Source of the DNA: a virus
Lineage: Duplodnaviria > Caudoviricetes
Length of the DNA stretch: 58,403 nt
Virus record (IMG/VR): IMGVR_UViG_3300023283_000094
Coordinates: 1 to 58,403 of that record
Reading direction: 5' to 3' (one strand)
Position numbers and translations under genes: made by a program. Under the pieces are notes generated by a model. It saw nothing but the letters and a program-made list of their open reading frames with translations. It was not told the DNA's origin and searched no databases. How positions within the stretch are numbered: the first letter of the stretch is position 1; each line of letters begins with the position of its first letter. Below, in pieces: positions 1 to 9,721 of this stretch.

Positions 1-162
1 AGGTATTTGCGATAGTTGTTGTTCATCACCGACCGTCGGTGTTAATGTGAATTTTTCAACTACACGGTGTGTGTTTTGGGGTGCTCCCGTTCCGTTTCGC
101 TGTCGGTGAATCTCAGAAATTAAAACCTACAAACTATTGATATTACAGTTACTGGTTTATGA

Positions 163-259
163 GTGTCTGAGTATCTGGGTATCTGGGTATCTGGGTATCT
201 GGGTTTGTGAGTATTCTGGTTTCTTGTGTATCTGTGTATCTGAGTATCTGAGTATCTGA
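163..259. repeat. 8-bp tandem repeat GTATCTG(G/A/T), candidate iterons
   Basis: Eight exact GTATCTG copies in two blocks (171-202, 228-259) plus degenerate ones; next to an AT-rich tract (about 117-160) and just downstream of the DUF1376-like gene. Confidence 0.85.
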
Positions 260-292
260 CGCGTAAGACGCGCGCATTGCTCAACGTCCCGT

Positions 293-664
293 TCAACGGG
301 CGTTGGAACGGCCGTTGTTTGTTGATGCAGACTGTGCGGATGATTTACCTGCCTTGCGCGCTGACTCACGACGCCTCATTGCCAACTTGCGTTCCTCCTC
401 AATCCTCTCGTTGATTAGCTTTCCGTCCTCCTGTGGGTGTTGTTTGAAACATTCACGGATTGTTGGCCACGCTTCGCGCATCTGCTCTGGCGTAACTCCA
501 CACCGCATCCACAACTTGTTAGGGTCGTCGGGTATTGAGCCCTCCTCCCACGAATGACACAACAGCGATATGTATATACCGCGATCTCGCGCTATCATGG
601 AGCGAACCTTGGGCGAGCCCATAAAGTCGCTTGGGTAGAACTTCATCCAGGGTAACGTAGACAT
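293..664 (-). CDS. DUF1376/YdaU-like phage replication protein
   Basis: LPWMKFYPSDF...RGIYISLL..SW..GSIPDD...LINERIEEE pattern; ATG at 664 with GGAGG upstream. Confidence 0.75.
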   Translation of the reverse strand: MSTLPWMKFYPSDFMGSPKVRSMIARDRGIYISLLCHSWEEGSIPDDPNKLWMRCGVTPEQMREAWPTIRECFKQHPQEDGKLINERIEEERKLAMRRRESARKAGKSSAQSASTNNGRSNAR

Positions 665-682
665 GACGTTAACCTCCGTCTG

Positions 683-717
683 GTGTGTTTGGCATGACAC
701 TTGCATGCCAAACACAC
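683..717. promoter_or_regulatory. 14-bp perfect inverted repeat (hairpin/operator)
   Basis: GTGTGTTTGGCATG-acacttg-CATGCCAAACACAC just upstream of the RBS; also contains TGGCATGACACTTGCA on +. Confidence 0.6.
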
Positions 718-803
718 GATACCACATGTCGGGGTGAGTGTCTGTGGTTTGTTGTGACTGGGCGCCGCCAGATCAGCGGCATGAGTCGGGCTATTGTCTA
801 GGA

Positions 804-819
804 TGCAAGATGCGTGCCA
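804..819 (-). promoter_or_regulatory. sigma-54-type -24/-12 promoter
   Basis: TGGCACGCATCTTGCA (GG-N10-GC), intergenic, pointing at the DUF1376-like gene. Confidence 0.7.
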
Positions 820-820
820 G

Positions 821-1363
821 TCAGTCGATATCCACCGATGTCAGTGCCAAACCGTGGATTTTGTCTATATCGTCAACCCCGAAATGACAGTTACACAAAA
901 TGTTGATTGCGACGACTGATGGGTCGCTCTGTGGTATTAGTGTCATATTGGCGGGATCGTAACTCTGTATTGTGCCAATATGACATGTAATGCTGTCATC
1001 ATGACAGTATGGACACTCGACGTTCGTCCGCTGTGTTGTCTGTGATTCGACCATCTGTTGGTAATCCAAAAACAACTTGAACGCTAACCGTAACATATGT
1101 GCGTTGGTCCTGCCGGTTTCTGGTGCGGATGCATCGTCGGTCGGCGTCACGCCAAGAAAATCACATACCACGTCTTCTGCACTTGGATAGTTGGATGATC
1201 CGATGTCCACACAAGTGGCTGCCTTTACGCACGCCGCGTACTGATGTGGGGTGGGGTCAAGTTGTCCCGCTACCTTCTCCGACGTAAAGTAGCTACGTGC
1301 CGTCTTCTGGCGGTTCGCGTGTGAATATGTAGCGGTACTGCGTAACCGTTTCCAGTCGTTCAT
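821..1363 (-). CDS. hypothetical protein with C-terminal Cys motifs
   Basis: 180-aa ORF overlapping neighbour by ATGA; CPYC and CNCH. Confidence 0.6.
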   Translation of the reverse strand: MNDWKRLRSTATYSHANRQKTARSYFTSEKVAGQLDPTPHQYAACVKAATCVDIGSSNYPSAEDVVCDFLGVTPTDDASAPETGRTNAHMLRLAFKLFLDYQQMVESQTTQRTNVECPYCHDDSITCHIGTIQSYDPANMTLIPQSDPSVVAINILCNCHFGVDDIDKIHGLALTSVDID

Positions 1364-1701
1364 CTCACCAGGTCTTCATTGTATATGTCTGGAATGCAGT
1401 CGGTGTAATTGACGTCGGTGCCTGTGATGACTGTCACGGGCGTGCGATCGACCGCACACCCGATCAAGTTGAGTGTCGTGTTGCGGAAAACGGTGTTGGG
1501 CGGCAGTTTGCGGTAGTGGCTAGTGCCGTTCCATGTCATCTGTTGATCGCACTCACAGAAAAACACCAAACTACCGCTATTGTATGCGTGCAGCACATTG
1601 TTACGTGCTTGACGCATACCATCATTGGAGTATATATGTGGAAATACAAACCCACCATGACCACCACAATGTTCACATAACAACCTGAGAACAAGCCTCA
1701 T
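1360..1701 (-). CDS. hypothetical Cys-containing protein
   Basis: ATGA-coupled on both sides; CEHC...CEC. Confidence 0.6.
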   Translation of the reverse strand: MRLVLRLLCEHCGGHGGFVFPHIYSNDGMRQARNNVLHAYNSGSLVFFCECDQQMTWNGTSHYRKLPPNTVFRNTTLNLIGCAVDRTPVTVITGTDVNYTDCIPDIYNEDLVR

Positions 1702-2366
1702 TTTATCACGACACTGATGTTGGGTGCGGCCTCAAGGCCGGGCACAGACAATTCTGATTTTTGTTTGCGTGCCAGTTTGTTGGCGACGCTTGAATTGAGT
1801 TTTACCAGGTTGGGGTCGGCGTGACCGGCAGCTATGGCTCCACACAATGCCTTTATGGCGTCGTCTCGTGGCCCCGACAACACCGCGTTCCATGTTTCCC
1901 TGTAGTGTACGCCATCAATATCCGGTCGCCCCTCTGCGCCGTCGATGTCCATTAGGCGCTGTGCTTTTTCCAGTTCACCGGATTCTATGAGTGCTACGAT
2001 CTCGTCTGAGTCCACGTCCGGCGCACCGCCAGACGGATCATAGCCCTCCAACTGTAACCGCAGGTGCGATATGGCTTTCTCACCAGGTGCCATAAGCTTC
2101 TTTTTCTCTGCCAGCACCGATTTATAGTAGTCGTATGCGGGCTTACGGAACCTGTCTGCTATAGACTCAATCACCTCGAAAATCGCAGATATCTGTCTGT
2201 ATGTCTCTACCGCGTGTATATATGTGTCATCATCCACTACCTCAATATCATAGGCTGCATGTGATATAGATTCTAGCTGAGTCGTTAGGTTGTCTAAATG
2301 TTCGAGTTCGTTGTCGTCTACTACTTTGGTAGTATCTATGATGATTGGCTCTGTCAGTTTACTCAT
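1698..2366 (-). CDS. phage recombination-module coiled-coil protein (Gp157/Gam-like)
   Basis: Helical N-half and C-terminal W...LVKLN..VANKLA...VPGLE; adjacent to exonuclease. Confidence 0.5.
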   Translation of the reverse strand: MSKLTEPIIIDTTKVVDDNELEHLDNLTTQLESISHAAYDIEVVDDDTYIHAVETYRQISAIFEVIESIADRFRKPAYDYYKSVLAEKKKLMAPGEKAISHLRLQLEGYDPSGGAPDVDSDEIVALIESGELEKAQRLMDIDGAEGRPDIDGVHYRETWNAVLSGPRDDAIKALCGAIAAGHADPNLVKLNSSVANKLARKQKSELSVPGLEAAPNISVVIK

Positions 2367-2967
2367 CCGTCTTGAACTTCCTCAATTGTAGCAGGAATCG
2401 CGGCCACGCAAGATGGTCGTCACACTTTTCTACCGCATAGTCGCCTTTTTTGAGATGTACGACGACACGTTTCGCTGACTGATCGGGCCCAAAGAACAGA
2501 TGCTGATATGCGGCGGTCTGTAATTCCCACGCGGGTTTGTTCTTGGAGTTGGTGGTCTTGATGTCTATAATCACATCATGGCCGTTGAGTATACCGACTA
2601 TATCTACGGTACCAGCATACATGTGACACTCGCAATACATACGAAGCTCAGATTCCCGTACATCTATGTCGTTGTTGGCGATAAACTTTTTGTAGCCATC
2701 CAAATATAGTTGTACGGGCTCATCATTGGACTCCAGTACAGACCCTTTTGTGTGGTATGCACTGATCATTTCGTGTGTGCGGTTCCCTATCTCTGCTGCG
2801 CGATTAAGGATCGCCTTGTTGATGTGTGAATAATCTGTAGCGCTACCACCGTGAGATATTATCTGGCTGACGCTCGGTAACACCACATCACCAAGACGAT
2901 ATGTGTGTGACTCCGAGTCGAATGTGAATTGTGTCATAGATACACTACGATTGTATGCATGGTTCAT
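2359..2967 (-). CDS. PD-(D/E)xK exonuclease (Cas4/RecB-like)
   Basis: LPSVSQII, G..H, E..M, YAGTVD, IIDIKT, LQTAAY motifs. Confidence 0.85.
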   Translation of the reverse strand: MNHAYNRSVSMTQFTFDSESHTYRLGDVVLPSVSQIISHGGSATDYSHINKAILNRAAEIGNRTHEMISAYHTKGSVLESNDEPVQLYLDGYKKFIANNDIDVRESELRMYCECHMYAGTVDIVGILNGHDVIIDIKTTNSKNKPAWELQTAAYQHLFFGPDQSAKRVVVHLKKGDYAVEKCDDHLAWPRFLLQLRKFKTDE

Positions 2968-2978
2968 CTTTCAGGTGA

Positions 2979-3728
2979 CTAGAAGGGCAGGTCGTCGTCT
3001 GTGGTGGACGACTCGTCGTTACGTGATTGGAACTCGATCTCGTTTTCTAGCCACGCCAGGGCGCGCTCTGCGTCGTCGGACCCGCCGGCGCCCTTGACCA
3101 CTGATTCGATCCGCTTAAATACCGACAACAGGTCGCTGTCGTCGTGTGCCCTGCCCTCCCAGGTCGGCACGAGATCGAGTAGCTCCTTGATCTCCTCCAG
3201 GGTCGCGCTGTTGCCCGTGTCGTCTGTTGTAGGCGTGTTGTCCATGTCGTGCGTCAGTGGTGTGGACACACCCATACGAACCCACTGTCCGTGCAAGTGT
3301 CGCGCGTTGGCAAGTAGCGTGGCAGTGTCGTCCGAACCCGGCAGGTCGCGGGCGGCTTCTATACAAAGTAGATAGTCGTCCTTGATGTTACCTGTGGAGT
3401 GACCACTGGTGTCGCTAGTGGTCTCTCGTTGCACAGACCCCGATGCGCGGTCCCACTCGATTGTCTGGCTGTCGCCAGACCAGGAGGCACGAACCTCGAT
3501 CCACTCATTCTTTGGCGCGCGCTTCAGGGTGTTTTCTATATCGGGCGATTCGATGATATACCAGCGCCTGGTATCGTCGCCCCGGGTATCGAACCCGATG
3601 ACCTTATGTGCATAGCCATCGGTCGTACCGACGTCATATTTACTGTCCATTGGGTCGCCGCTGAACTTGAGCACCAATGGGCTGGCGTTGCGCAGTTCTG
3701 AGTGCCACACGCTCTTCCTGTCAAACAT
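2979..3728 (-). CDS. putative ssDNA-binding/annealing protein
   Basis: Acidic tail ending DDDLPF; next to exonuclease; ATG 3728 with GGAGG. Confidence 0.55.
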   Translation of the reverse strand: MFDRKSVWHSELRNASPLVLKFSGDPMDSKYDVGTTDGYAHKVIGFDTRGDDTRRWYIIESPDIENTLKRAPKNEWIEVRASWSGDSQTIEWDRASGSVQRETTSDTSGHSTGNIKDDYLLCIEAARDLPGSDDTATLLANARHLHGQWVRMGVSTPLTHDMDNTPTTDDTGNSATLEEIKELLDLVPTWEGRAHDDSDLLSVFKRIESVVKGAGGSDDAERALAWLENEIEFQSRNDESSTTDDDLPF

Positions 3729-3817
3729 ATATACCTCCAATGAGATACGGGGTTATTGAGAGTGCCGGATTGTGGTCCGCAAGGGTGCGGCCCGGCCAGG
3801 GTGCATGGTGTCTATGA

Positions 3818-3833
3818 TGCAAGTTTTGTGCCA
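3818..3833 (-). promoter_or_regulatory. sigma-54-type -24/-12 promoter
   Basis: TGGCACAAAACTTGCA, intergenic, upstream of the recombination operon. Confidence 0.7.
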
Positions 3834-4113
3834 CGACGGCACGCCACCTATATCGGCCGGTGGCTTGTCACCGCGAGATCTTCAGTTTTGTTACTGTAAC
3901 GGAGAAAATTTCGCGCACACTCGTCGCACCTATATATACACAGTGTATGACCTCCTATTGCTGTGGACGTACATTGAATCTCGGTGGTGGCTACCGGCTT
4001 ATCCGGGTCTCCATAATGCGCCACCGCATTACAGTGGAGTCTGCGGTCGTTGGGGGTTTGTGTTGTTGTCATTATATACATTCCGGTGCGTCAATGATAT
4101 ATTGTGGCAACCC

Positions 4114-4512
4114 TCAGGGGGTTTGTAGCGCGCGATCTTCCAGGACGTCCAGTTCGGGGCGTGCCACCTCGCCCGTGTGGTGTGCCCGGATCGCATCTGA
4201 AAGGTCGTCCAGCGCGAAGTGTCGGTCGAGGGCGACATAACTCAGGCCGTCCTCTGCCGTCCGCTCGACCCGGTAAACAACACTCCGATCATCCACCACA
4301 CGCACGATTGCCAGGGGCTCATTGTCCTCAGCAGGTGGCCCCATCAAGCCCCACTCCTCACGTTCGTGGCCCCACAGATTTTCGAGATCGGCCACGGTCG
4401 GTGCGGCCACCGTTGCATCGTACGGGACGCGGATGTAGGTTGCGGGTTCGTTCGGCCCGCCCAGTATATTGATCGTTACCTGCGCGTGCATGGGGTATTT
4501 CTGTGTGTCCAT
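4114..4512 (-). CDS. hypothetical acidic protein
   Basis: 132-aa ORF with purine-rich RBS, co-oriented with the arm. Confidence 0.6.
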   Translation of the reverse strand: MDTQKYPMHAQVTINILGGPNEPATYIRVPYDATVAAPTVADLENLWGHEREEWGLMGPPAEDNEPLAIVRVVDDRSVVYRVERTAEDGLSYVALDRHFALDDLSDAIRAHHTGEVARPELDVLEDRALQTP

Positions 4513-4545
4513 TTGTTTGCCCCTTATAGCAACACTAACGTATGG

Positions 4546-5262
4546 TTAATCTATCAGCCTGCCAAGGTGCTCCACGTACAGTTCGAGCGAGTTGTCACTG
4601 AGCCCGGGACATGTATTAACTTCGAGTACATATAGTTCATTGTCGGTCGACACCAGTACATCTACTGCACCAAAGTCCAGGTCGAGTGCGTTGACTGCGG
4701 CGATTGATGTGTATATATGTGGGTGTATTGGTTCTGACGGGTGCCTAAACGTCCACCCCGTCTCGTAATTCCAAACCAATTGATCGTATTCAGATTCGTC
4801 AGTAAGGCGTTTTTCTGATACCTTGACCACACGATTGTCGATTACGTGTACCCTGTATTCTGTCTTTTTAGGTATATACTGGACGAAGTAATCCGGTGCG
4901 CCCATCGGAGATATGTCACGTGGCTGTAGGTACAGTTTCAGGTCGCGTCCCTGCATATGTGACGAGCTCCGGCCCAACATCGGGAACTCCAGGTCAAACA
5001 TGCTGCCCGAAAACGGCGGCACGGAGATACCTGCGGCCTCCATGATATTGAGGCTGTTGAACTTGTCGGCATTGGCTTCGATAGCACGCCGCCGGTTCCA
5101 CGTGCGCTCTGATGGTATATACCGGATACGTCTGCTGGTACCCCACCTGATCAGATATTCCACGCGTTCGTCCGGCATTTCGCGGCCGTGGGGTATACCG
5201 AGCATATCGCCCAGTGCAGCGCCTGTGACGTGACCATGTCGCCCATAGAGTAGAAAGTTCAT
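4546..5262 (-). CDS. ATP-grasp ligase (RimK/YheCD-like)
   Basis: LIRWG, N...I...ADK, QYIPKKTEYRVHV, LDFGAVD, VLEVNTCPG. Confidence 0.9.
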   Translation of the reverse strand: MNFLLYGRHGHVTGAALGDMLGIPHGREMPDERVEYLIRWGTSRRIRYIPSERTWNRRRAIEANADKFNSLNIMEAAGISVPPFSGSMFDLEFPMLGRSSSHMQGRDLKLYLQPRDISPMGAPDYFVQYIPKKTEYRVHVIDNRVVKVSEKRLTDESEYDQLVWNYETGWTFRHPSEPIHPHIYTSIAAVNALDLDFGAVDVLVSTDNELYVLEVNTCPGLSDNSLELYVEHLGRLID

Positions 5263-5263
5263 T

Positions 5264-5494
5264 TTATCTGTACCTTATATTGGGGCGGTATTTTGTTATA
5301 TCCGTGGGGTTGTCAATTTTGATGTGTCCTGCCACCATCCCAACCTCCTTGATTTCTCTGTGCATACACGATTTGCATACTAACGCAAAAAACTCACACC
5401 TATTCTCCGCTTCACGGCCGGCGTCAAACATGGCATACTTAGCCGCCGCAGATTGACAGTTGTCGCACGGGGTGTCGTTGGGCCCAATTGCCAT
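5264..5494 (-). CDS. small Zn-ribbon protein
   Basis: CDNC...CKSC; translationally coupled. Confidence 0.55.
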   Translation of the reverse strand: MAIGPNDTPCDNCQSAAAKYAMFDAGREAENRCEFFALVCKSCMHREIKEVGMVAGHIKIDNPTDITKYRPNIRYR

Positions 5495-6720
5495 CAGTCT
5501 GATGCTCCAGCCTTCAGTGTGAGGTTTAACTGGTCATTGTCTGTAGGCAATACCACGGAGTTACAGTAGTCGCAACGCGCTAGCCTTGTATTGTCAATGA
5601 ATTTATAGTAATCATCGACACTATAGACTTCCTCCGCCTCGCGCAAACTACCGATCATACACGTTTCACATATAACCTGGCCCTTATATAAATATCCGCC
5701 GACACTGCCAACGCTCACCAGGTTTGTGTCGGTATTTGTTCCGTCAGTTTCCAGAAGGTCATTGAACGCCTCCTCGATGCGCCCCTCAAACAGCATATCC
5801 ACCTGTTTATCCATCCAGGAGAACGCTTTGGTGAAGCATGCACCACAGAAACTAGCCTTCTGGATATAATCGAAGAAGTCGTCGGCGATGATCGGGTCTC
5901 TGCGGTTCCAGTTGTCTGTGCTGGGGATATTACATATGCTCACCTTTGTGTCCTCGCATGATTTCAGATGATACCTGCTGCTGATTGGCGACCAGAACCA
6001 CGCATAACGCTCAAGATATGTAATCCAGTCGTCACGGCCTATCAGGTCGCTATTGAAGTCACTGCACGTTGTGACGTGATGATCGGTTTCCTCGTCACAG
6101 TACATGCAGTGCATCCGGTTGTGGAGATATGCCGACCCCAAGGTCGCCCAATTGCTCTGGTATCCTCGGTCGCGCTTGATGTATCTGAACGTTGTATTGG
6201 AAAACCAGTTGTTCTTGTCCCACACACCCTTGTCTGCATTTAGGATCGTGACGTTACCGTCGCCATCCAGAAATACGAGTTTACTGGTGCCGATAAACGA
6301 CTCGACCATCTGTTGGTAATACTTGTCTCCAATCCAGTCGACCGGTAGTCTCTCAATGAGTATGCGATCACGGAACGCGATCGTATCCACCTGATCGTCG
6401 GGCATGCCCTCCATCTTAATGACGCCATTGTGGGCAAAGACGGTATTGCTGTTATAGAAAAACGGATGACAGTTTTCGGTTGAAATTTCACCGTGTGTCG
6501 CCTTGCGCCAATGCAACAGGACCGGCAACCCACCGCTCGCCCTGATGCTCTTATATATCGGGTACATGAGGTTCATAGATTCCAGGTTCTTCACGATATG
6601 AACCTGACCGTTATGTGGCCATGCCATGCCGAACCCGTCGGGATGGTTCTGTGCACAACGCTCAAACAGATCGAAACTAAGGTCGTCACCGTCTGGCGCG
6701 TTATAAACTATGATGCAAAT
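5494..6720 (-). CDS. class II (Ntn) glutamine amidotransferase with C-terminal Zn fingers; ATT start
   Basis: Reads ATT-C-I-I-V-Y...HPDGFG...HWRKATHG..NCHPF..FAHNG..DT; GGAGG 5 nt upstream of ATT; ORF track truncates it at 6627. Confidence 0.88.
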   Translation of the reverse strand: MCIIVYNAPDGDDLSFDLFERCAQNHPDGFGMAWPHNGQVHIVKNLESMNLMYPIYKSIRASGGLPVLLHWRKATHGEISTENCHPFFYNSNTVFAHNGVIKMEGMPDDQVDTIAFRDRILIERLPVDWIGDKYYQQMVESFIGTSKLVFLDGDGNVTILNADKGVWDKNNWFSNTTFRYIKRDRGYQSNWATLGSAYLHNRMHCMYCDEETDHHVTTCSDFNSDLIGRDDWITYLERYAWFWSPISSRYHLKSCEDTKVSICNIPSTDNWNRRDPIIADDFFDYIQKASFCGACFTKAFSWMDKQVDMLFEGRIEEAFNDLLETDGTNTDTNLVSVGSVGGYLYKGQVICETCMIGSLREAEEVYSVDDYYKFIDNTRLARCDYCNSVVLPTDNDQLNLTLKAGASD

Positions 6721-6735
6721 TTTTGCCTCCCGTGG

Positions 6736-8187
6736 TTAGAGTATATGTTTCTTGACCAAAAACTCCCTAAGGCTCGGAAACCGCTTGGCGTGTTTGTCGA
6801 CGAAGGCTACAAACCCGTCTTGGGATATGTTGTTGTGTTTATGGGCGCCACTATATTCGAACGCCGCCACACAGAACTCAAGGTTCTTGAGGAACGTGCG
6901 CCATTGTAGCGTACCCCCGAAAACGCGAACCTCGATCGTATCGCGATGTTCGGCCACATATACAGCAACGTGTCGCTCTCCCGGGTCGGCGCCACCGGTT
7001 TTTGCTAGTAGCATAGAGTCCAGGTCGTCATAATCTTCCTTCTCTCTATCGATCCCTGCCCACCGTTCGAAGTTTGACAGGCTGATCCGTTCTGATATGA
7101 GCAGCGTAAAGCTGGGGTTGTCGTAAATAAGTTTAATGAAATTACGCAGCCTGTCGTCATCAAAGGCGTCACCGCTCATGTGTACGTGCATACCACATGT
7201 CTCTGTCTGGTCGCTCTCGAACCCATGACTACGCAAATATTCCAGCATGTCGGTGAACCGTTCTGCGTTTTCTAATGCCCACTCCAACGTGAACGGGTGC
7301 GTGACAACCTCGAACCCCTCTGTGATGCTACTATCGCTCTTACAATAGAATATACGGTCTACGGCGACCTGTCGCGCACCTTCTGACGGCAGCGTGTCGC
7401 CACGTGCCTCAACCTCAAGCTCGACACCCAGATACAGGTTACCCTTGCCGCGAAACTTTAGTGTATCTGGCTGGTATGTATAACTCCATATACCGGAACT
7501 GGGGCACCCACATGTACTGTTGTCGTACAGTGGCGTGTTGAGTCTGCGCCAACCACCACACGGCAGGCAGCGCTCGTAGCCCTCGTCGCGACATTCACCG
7601 CACACTTGATCGGAACCGGAGCGCATAAGCACATATCTGCGATAATAAACACCGCACCCACTACACCCTCGGTAGTGTCTGGCTATGCATTCGTCACATA
7701 TATCTGGGTCACCGTCAACAGATATATCTCTATCATCTCTGGCCCACAGGTTGTCACATGACTCACATACGATCGACCGCACTGCGCCCGACTCAACACA
7801 CGTTTCGCACGGTGCGTTATCACCAGACCGAACCCCTCTTTGCCACGCACGGTCGGCGTCTTCAGGAACATGATAATATGTATCGCACCCGCCACAGTAG
7901 GCTATCCGTGCGACACCCCAACACCGGTTACAGGAATACCCACCATTGCTTAGTTCGTGCGTACCGCCACTGGAACCACAAACAGCACAGGGCTCGTGTG
8001 TGCCCGTCGTTGTGTTGACTGGATTGATATTATGTGTGGATGCGTCAAATTCTTCACCGAATTCTAGCTCAAGTGTGAGGCGGAATCGGTCACAGTCGTC
8101 GCATGGGCACGTTGGACTATACGACTCAGCAAACCACTGTACGAAGTCCGCATCACGTGACGGTGGATCGGATATATTAAATGGCAT
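6736..8187 (-). CDS. amidoligase (COOH-NH2 ligase fold) with N-terminal CxxC array
   Basis: GVELEVE, KSDSSI..GFEVVTHP, TCGMHVH, TIEVRVFGGT; many CxxC pairs in the N-half. Confidence 0.9.
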   Translation of the reverse strand: MPFNISDPPSRDADFVQWFAESYSPTCPCDDCDRFRLTLELEFGEEFDASTHNINPVNTTTGTHEPCAVCGSSGGTHELSNGGYSCNRCWGVARIAYCGGCDTYYHVPEDADRAWQRGVRSGDNAPCETCVESGAVRSIVCESCDNLWARDDRDISVDGDPDICDECIARHYRGCSGCGVYYRRYVLMRSGSDQVCGECRDEGYERCLPCGGWRRLNTPLYDNSTCGCPSSGIWSYTYQPDTLKFRGKGNLYLGVELEVEARGDTLPSEGARQVAVDRIFYCKSDSSITEGFEVVTHPFTLEWALENAERFTDMLEYLRSHGFESDQTETCGMHVHMSGDAFDDDRLRNFIKLIYDNPSFTLLISERISLSNFERWAGIDREKEDYDDLDSMLLAKTGGADPGERHVAVYVAEHRDTIEVRVFGGTLQWRTFLKNLEFCVAAFEYSGAHKHNNISQDGFVAFVDKHAKRFPSLREFLVKKHIL

Positions 8188-8565
8188 TTACTCTTCCTCA
8201 AGCTCAACGACCCGGAGGTTGTCGTCGTTATCTGATATCACCGTTAGGGATACGATGTGTCGATCGTTGTCACCCGTATTTATATTGTATATGTTTATAG
8301 TTGTACCCTCTCCCGCGCTCATTAGTATGGACTCCGTGTGGTGTCTAACAGAATCATCGTCCATACCTTCAAACCTGACGATATCGAACTCGTCATCGCG
8401 TGTAACGAAGAGTAGGTAGACGCCGTGCGATATCACATATTCTCGGTGTTGTTGTGCGAGATTCTCTGTCATCTTCGTGTATCCTGTCCAGGTGATCAAA
8501 ATAATTCCATCCCGATAGGTTGTAGTGTCTTTTGCACCATAAGACCCTACAAAACGGTTCGCCAC
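8188..8565 (-). CDS. hypothetical acidic protein
   Basis: 125-aa ORF abutting the amidoligase start. Confidence 0.55.
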   Translation of the reverse strand: MANRFVGSYGAKDTTTYRDGIILITWTGYTKMTENLAQQHREYVISHGVYLLFVTRDDEFDIVRFEGMDDDSVRHHTESILMSAGEGTTINIYNINTGDNDRHIVSLTVISDNDDNLRVVELEEE

Positions 8566-8613
8566 AATATTTACACCAAACTACACAGCTCAGGTCGGGT
8601 GTTTGATTGTTGG

Positions 8614-9471
8614 TCACATTATGTTCCTATACCTTGCAAAGTAGGGGTTGGTATACGGATCAATATACATGGCACATTTCGTACAATGTTTATCTGCGTC
8701 TGTACTATATAGGGGCTCACAGTCACCATCAACAACGTCATCGGGAAGACAGTTATAGCATATCACTTCACCGTTTAACTTTAACCCCTCTTCTATTATC
8801 TCATTGGATTTGTGGTTGTTGCCTGGCTCGTGTATCAGTGGACAGTTTGATGTTGCGTGTGTCTGAGGGCTGTTGTGTACGTCACAAAACGACCCTCCCT
8901 CCGTGCGTCGAATATCTGCGTCATAAGAGTCTGGTAGGTAGAATCCACGGTGACTGAACCATGTGTCTCCCACCCAGATACCTTGCCCCTCGTTGATGAA
9001 CGCGAACCGCCCGCTCTTGTCCATAAACGCCATCTTGTTGTAACCTACCATTGCGCGCGTTTTGTCGAGAGCGCGCTTGCTAAAGATCGCGGTGCCAATC
9101 CTGTTGAGGACTGTATCACGAAAATGATGAGAGTCGGACTTGCCGTCATGTGTCATATATGGCCCGAAAAACATTGTGCCGTTATGTGCGAACGCTATAT
9201 TGCCACGCATGCGGAACGGTTGGCAGTTTTCGATTGACCTTGTGCCCACCGTGCGTATCCTGAAGTGTGCCAGAACCGCACGACCAAGATCACGTGCGTT
9301 GGTGTAGACGTTCCATAGCTGACCAAAGTTGTTCATGGACGTGAAAATATTGATACCGTCCCCGGTTGCATATGCAACGCCCATCCCGTCCGGGTTCTGT
9401 TCCGCGCAACTCCGTAGTGTCTGCTTGGGTAGCCTGTCAGTACCCTTTTTTTGGGCAACAATAATACAGAT
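8614..9471 (-). CDS. second class II glutamine amidotransferase; ATC start
   Basis: Reads ATC-C-I-I-V-A...NPDGMG...HFRIRTVG..NCQPF..FAHNG..SDS; GGGGGG 8 nt upstream; ORF track truncates it at 9384. Confidence 0.88.
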   Translation of the reverse strand: MCIIVAQKKGTDRLPKQTLRSCAEQNPDGMGVAYATGDGINIFTSMNNFGQLWNVYTNARDLGRAVLAHFRIRTVGTRSIENCQPFRMRGNIAFAHNGTMFFGPYMTHDGKSDSHHFRDTVLNRIGTAIFSKRALDKTRAMVGYNKMAFMDKSGRFAFINEGQGIWVGDTWFSHRGFYLPDSYDADIRRTEGGSFCDVHNSPQTHATSNCPLIHEPGNNHKSNEIIEEGLKLNGEVICYNCLPDDVVDGDCEPLYSTDADKHCTKCAMYIDPYTNPYFARYRNIM

Positions 9472-9721
9472 GTCGATAACCCCCCGTTTCTAGCTGTGGT
9501 GTAGGTGTGCTGCGATTATATGAGATATCGTGACTCTGTCGTGGAGGTTATAGGGCAATACTATATCTCTCATAGCAGTAAAGCCCGTGACGGTTGATAT
9601 GTCAAAACATCGTGGTGTATAGTATGTCATCTCCCGTCCAGTTCCGCTTCGCGACCAGCTCCGGTACTACCTAATACACCCCACACCGCTCAATGTTCCA
9701 TAGACAAGTCTATGCGTGGAT

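Noticed and set aside
690-705. Plus-strand sigma-54 promoter
   Set aside because: Points antisense to the arm and lies within a hairpin; kept only as part of the inverted repeat
2359-2967. CRISPR-associated Cas4
   Set aside because: No four-Cys cluster pattern, no array; context is a recombination module
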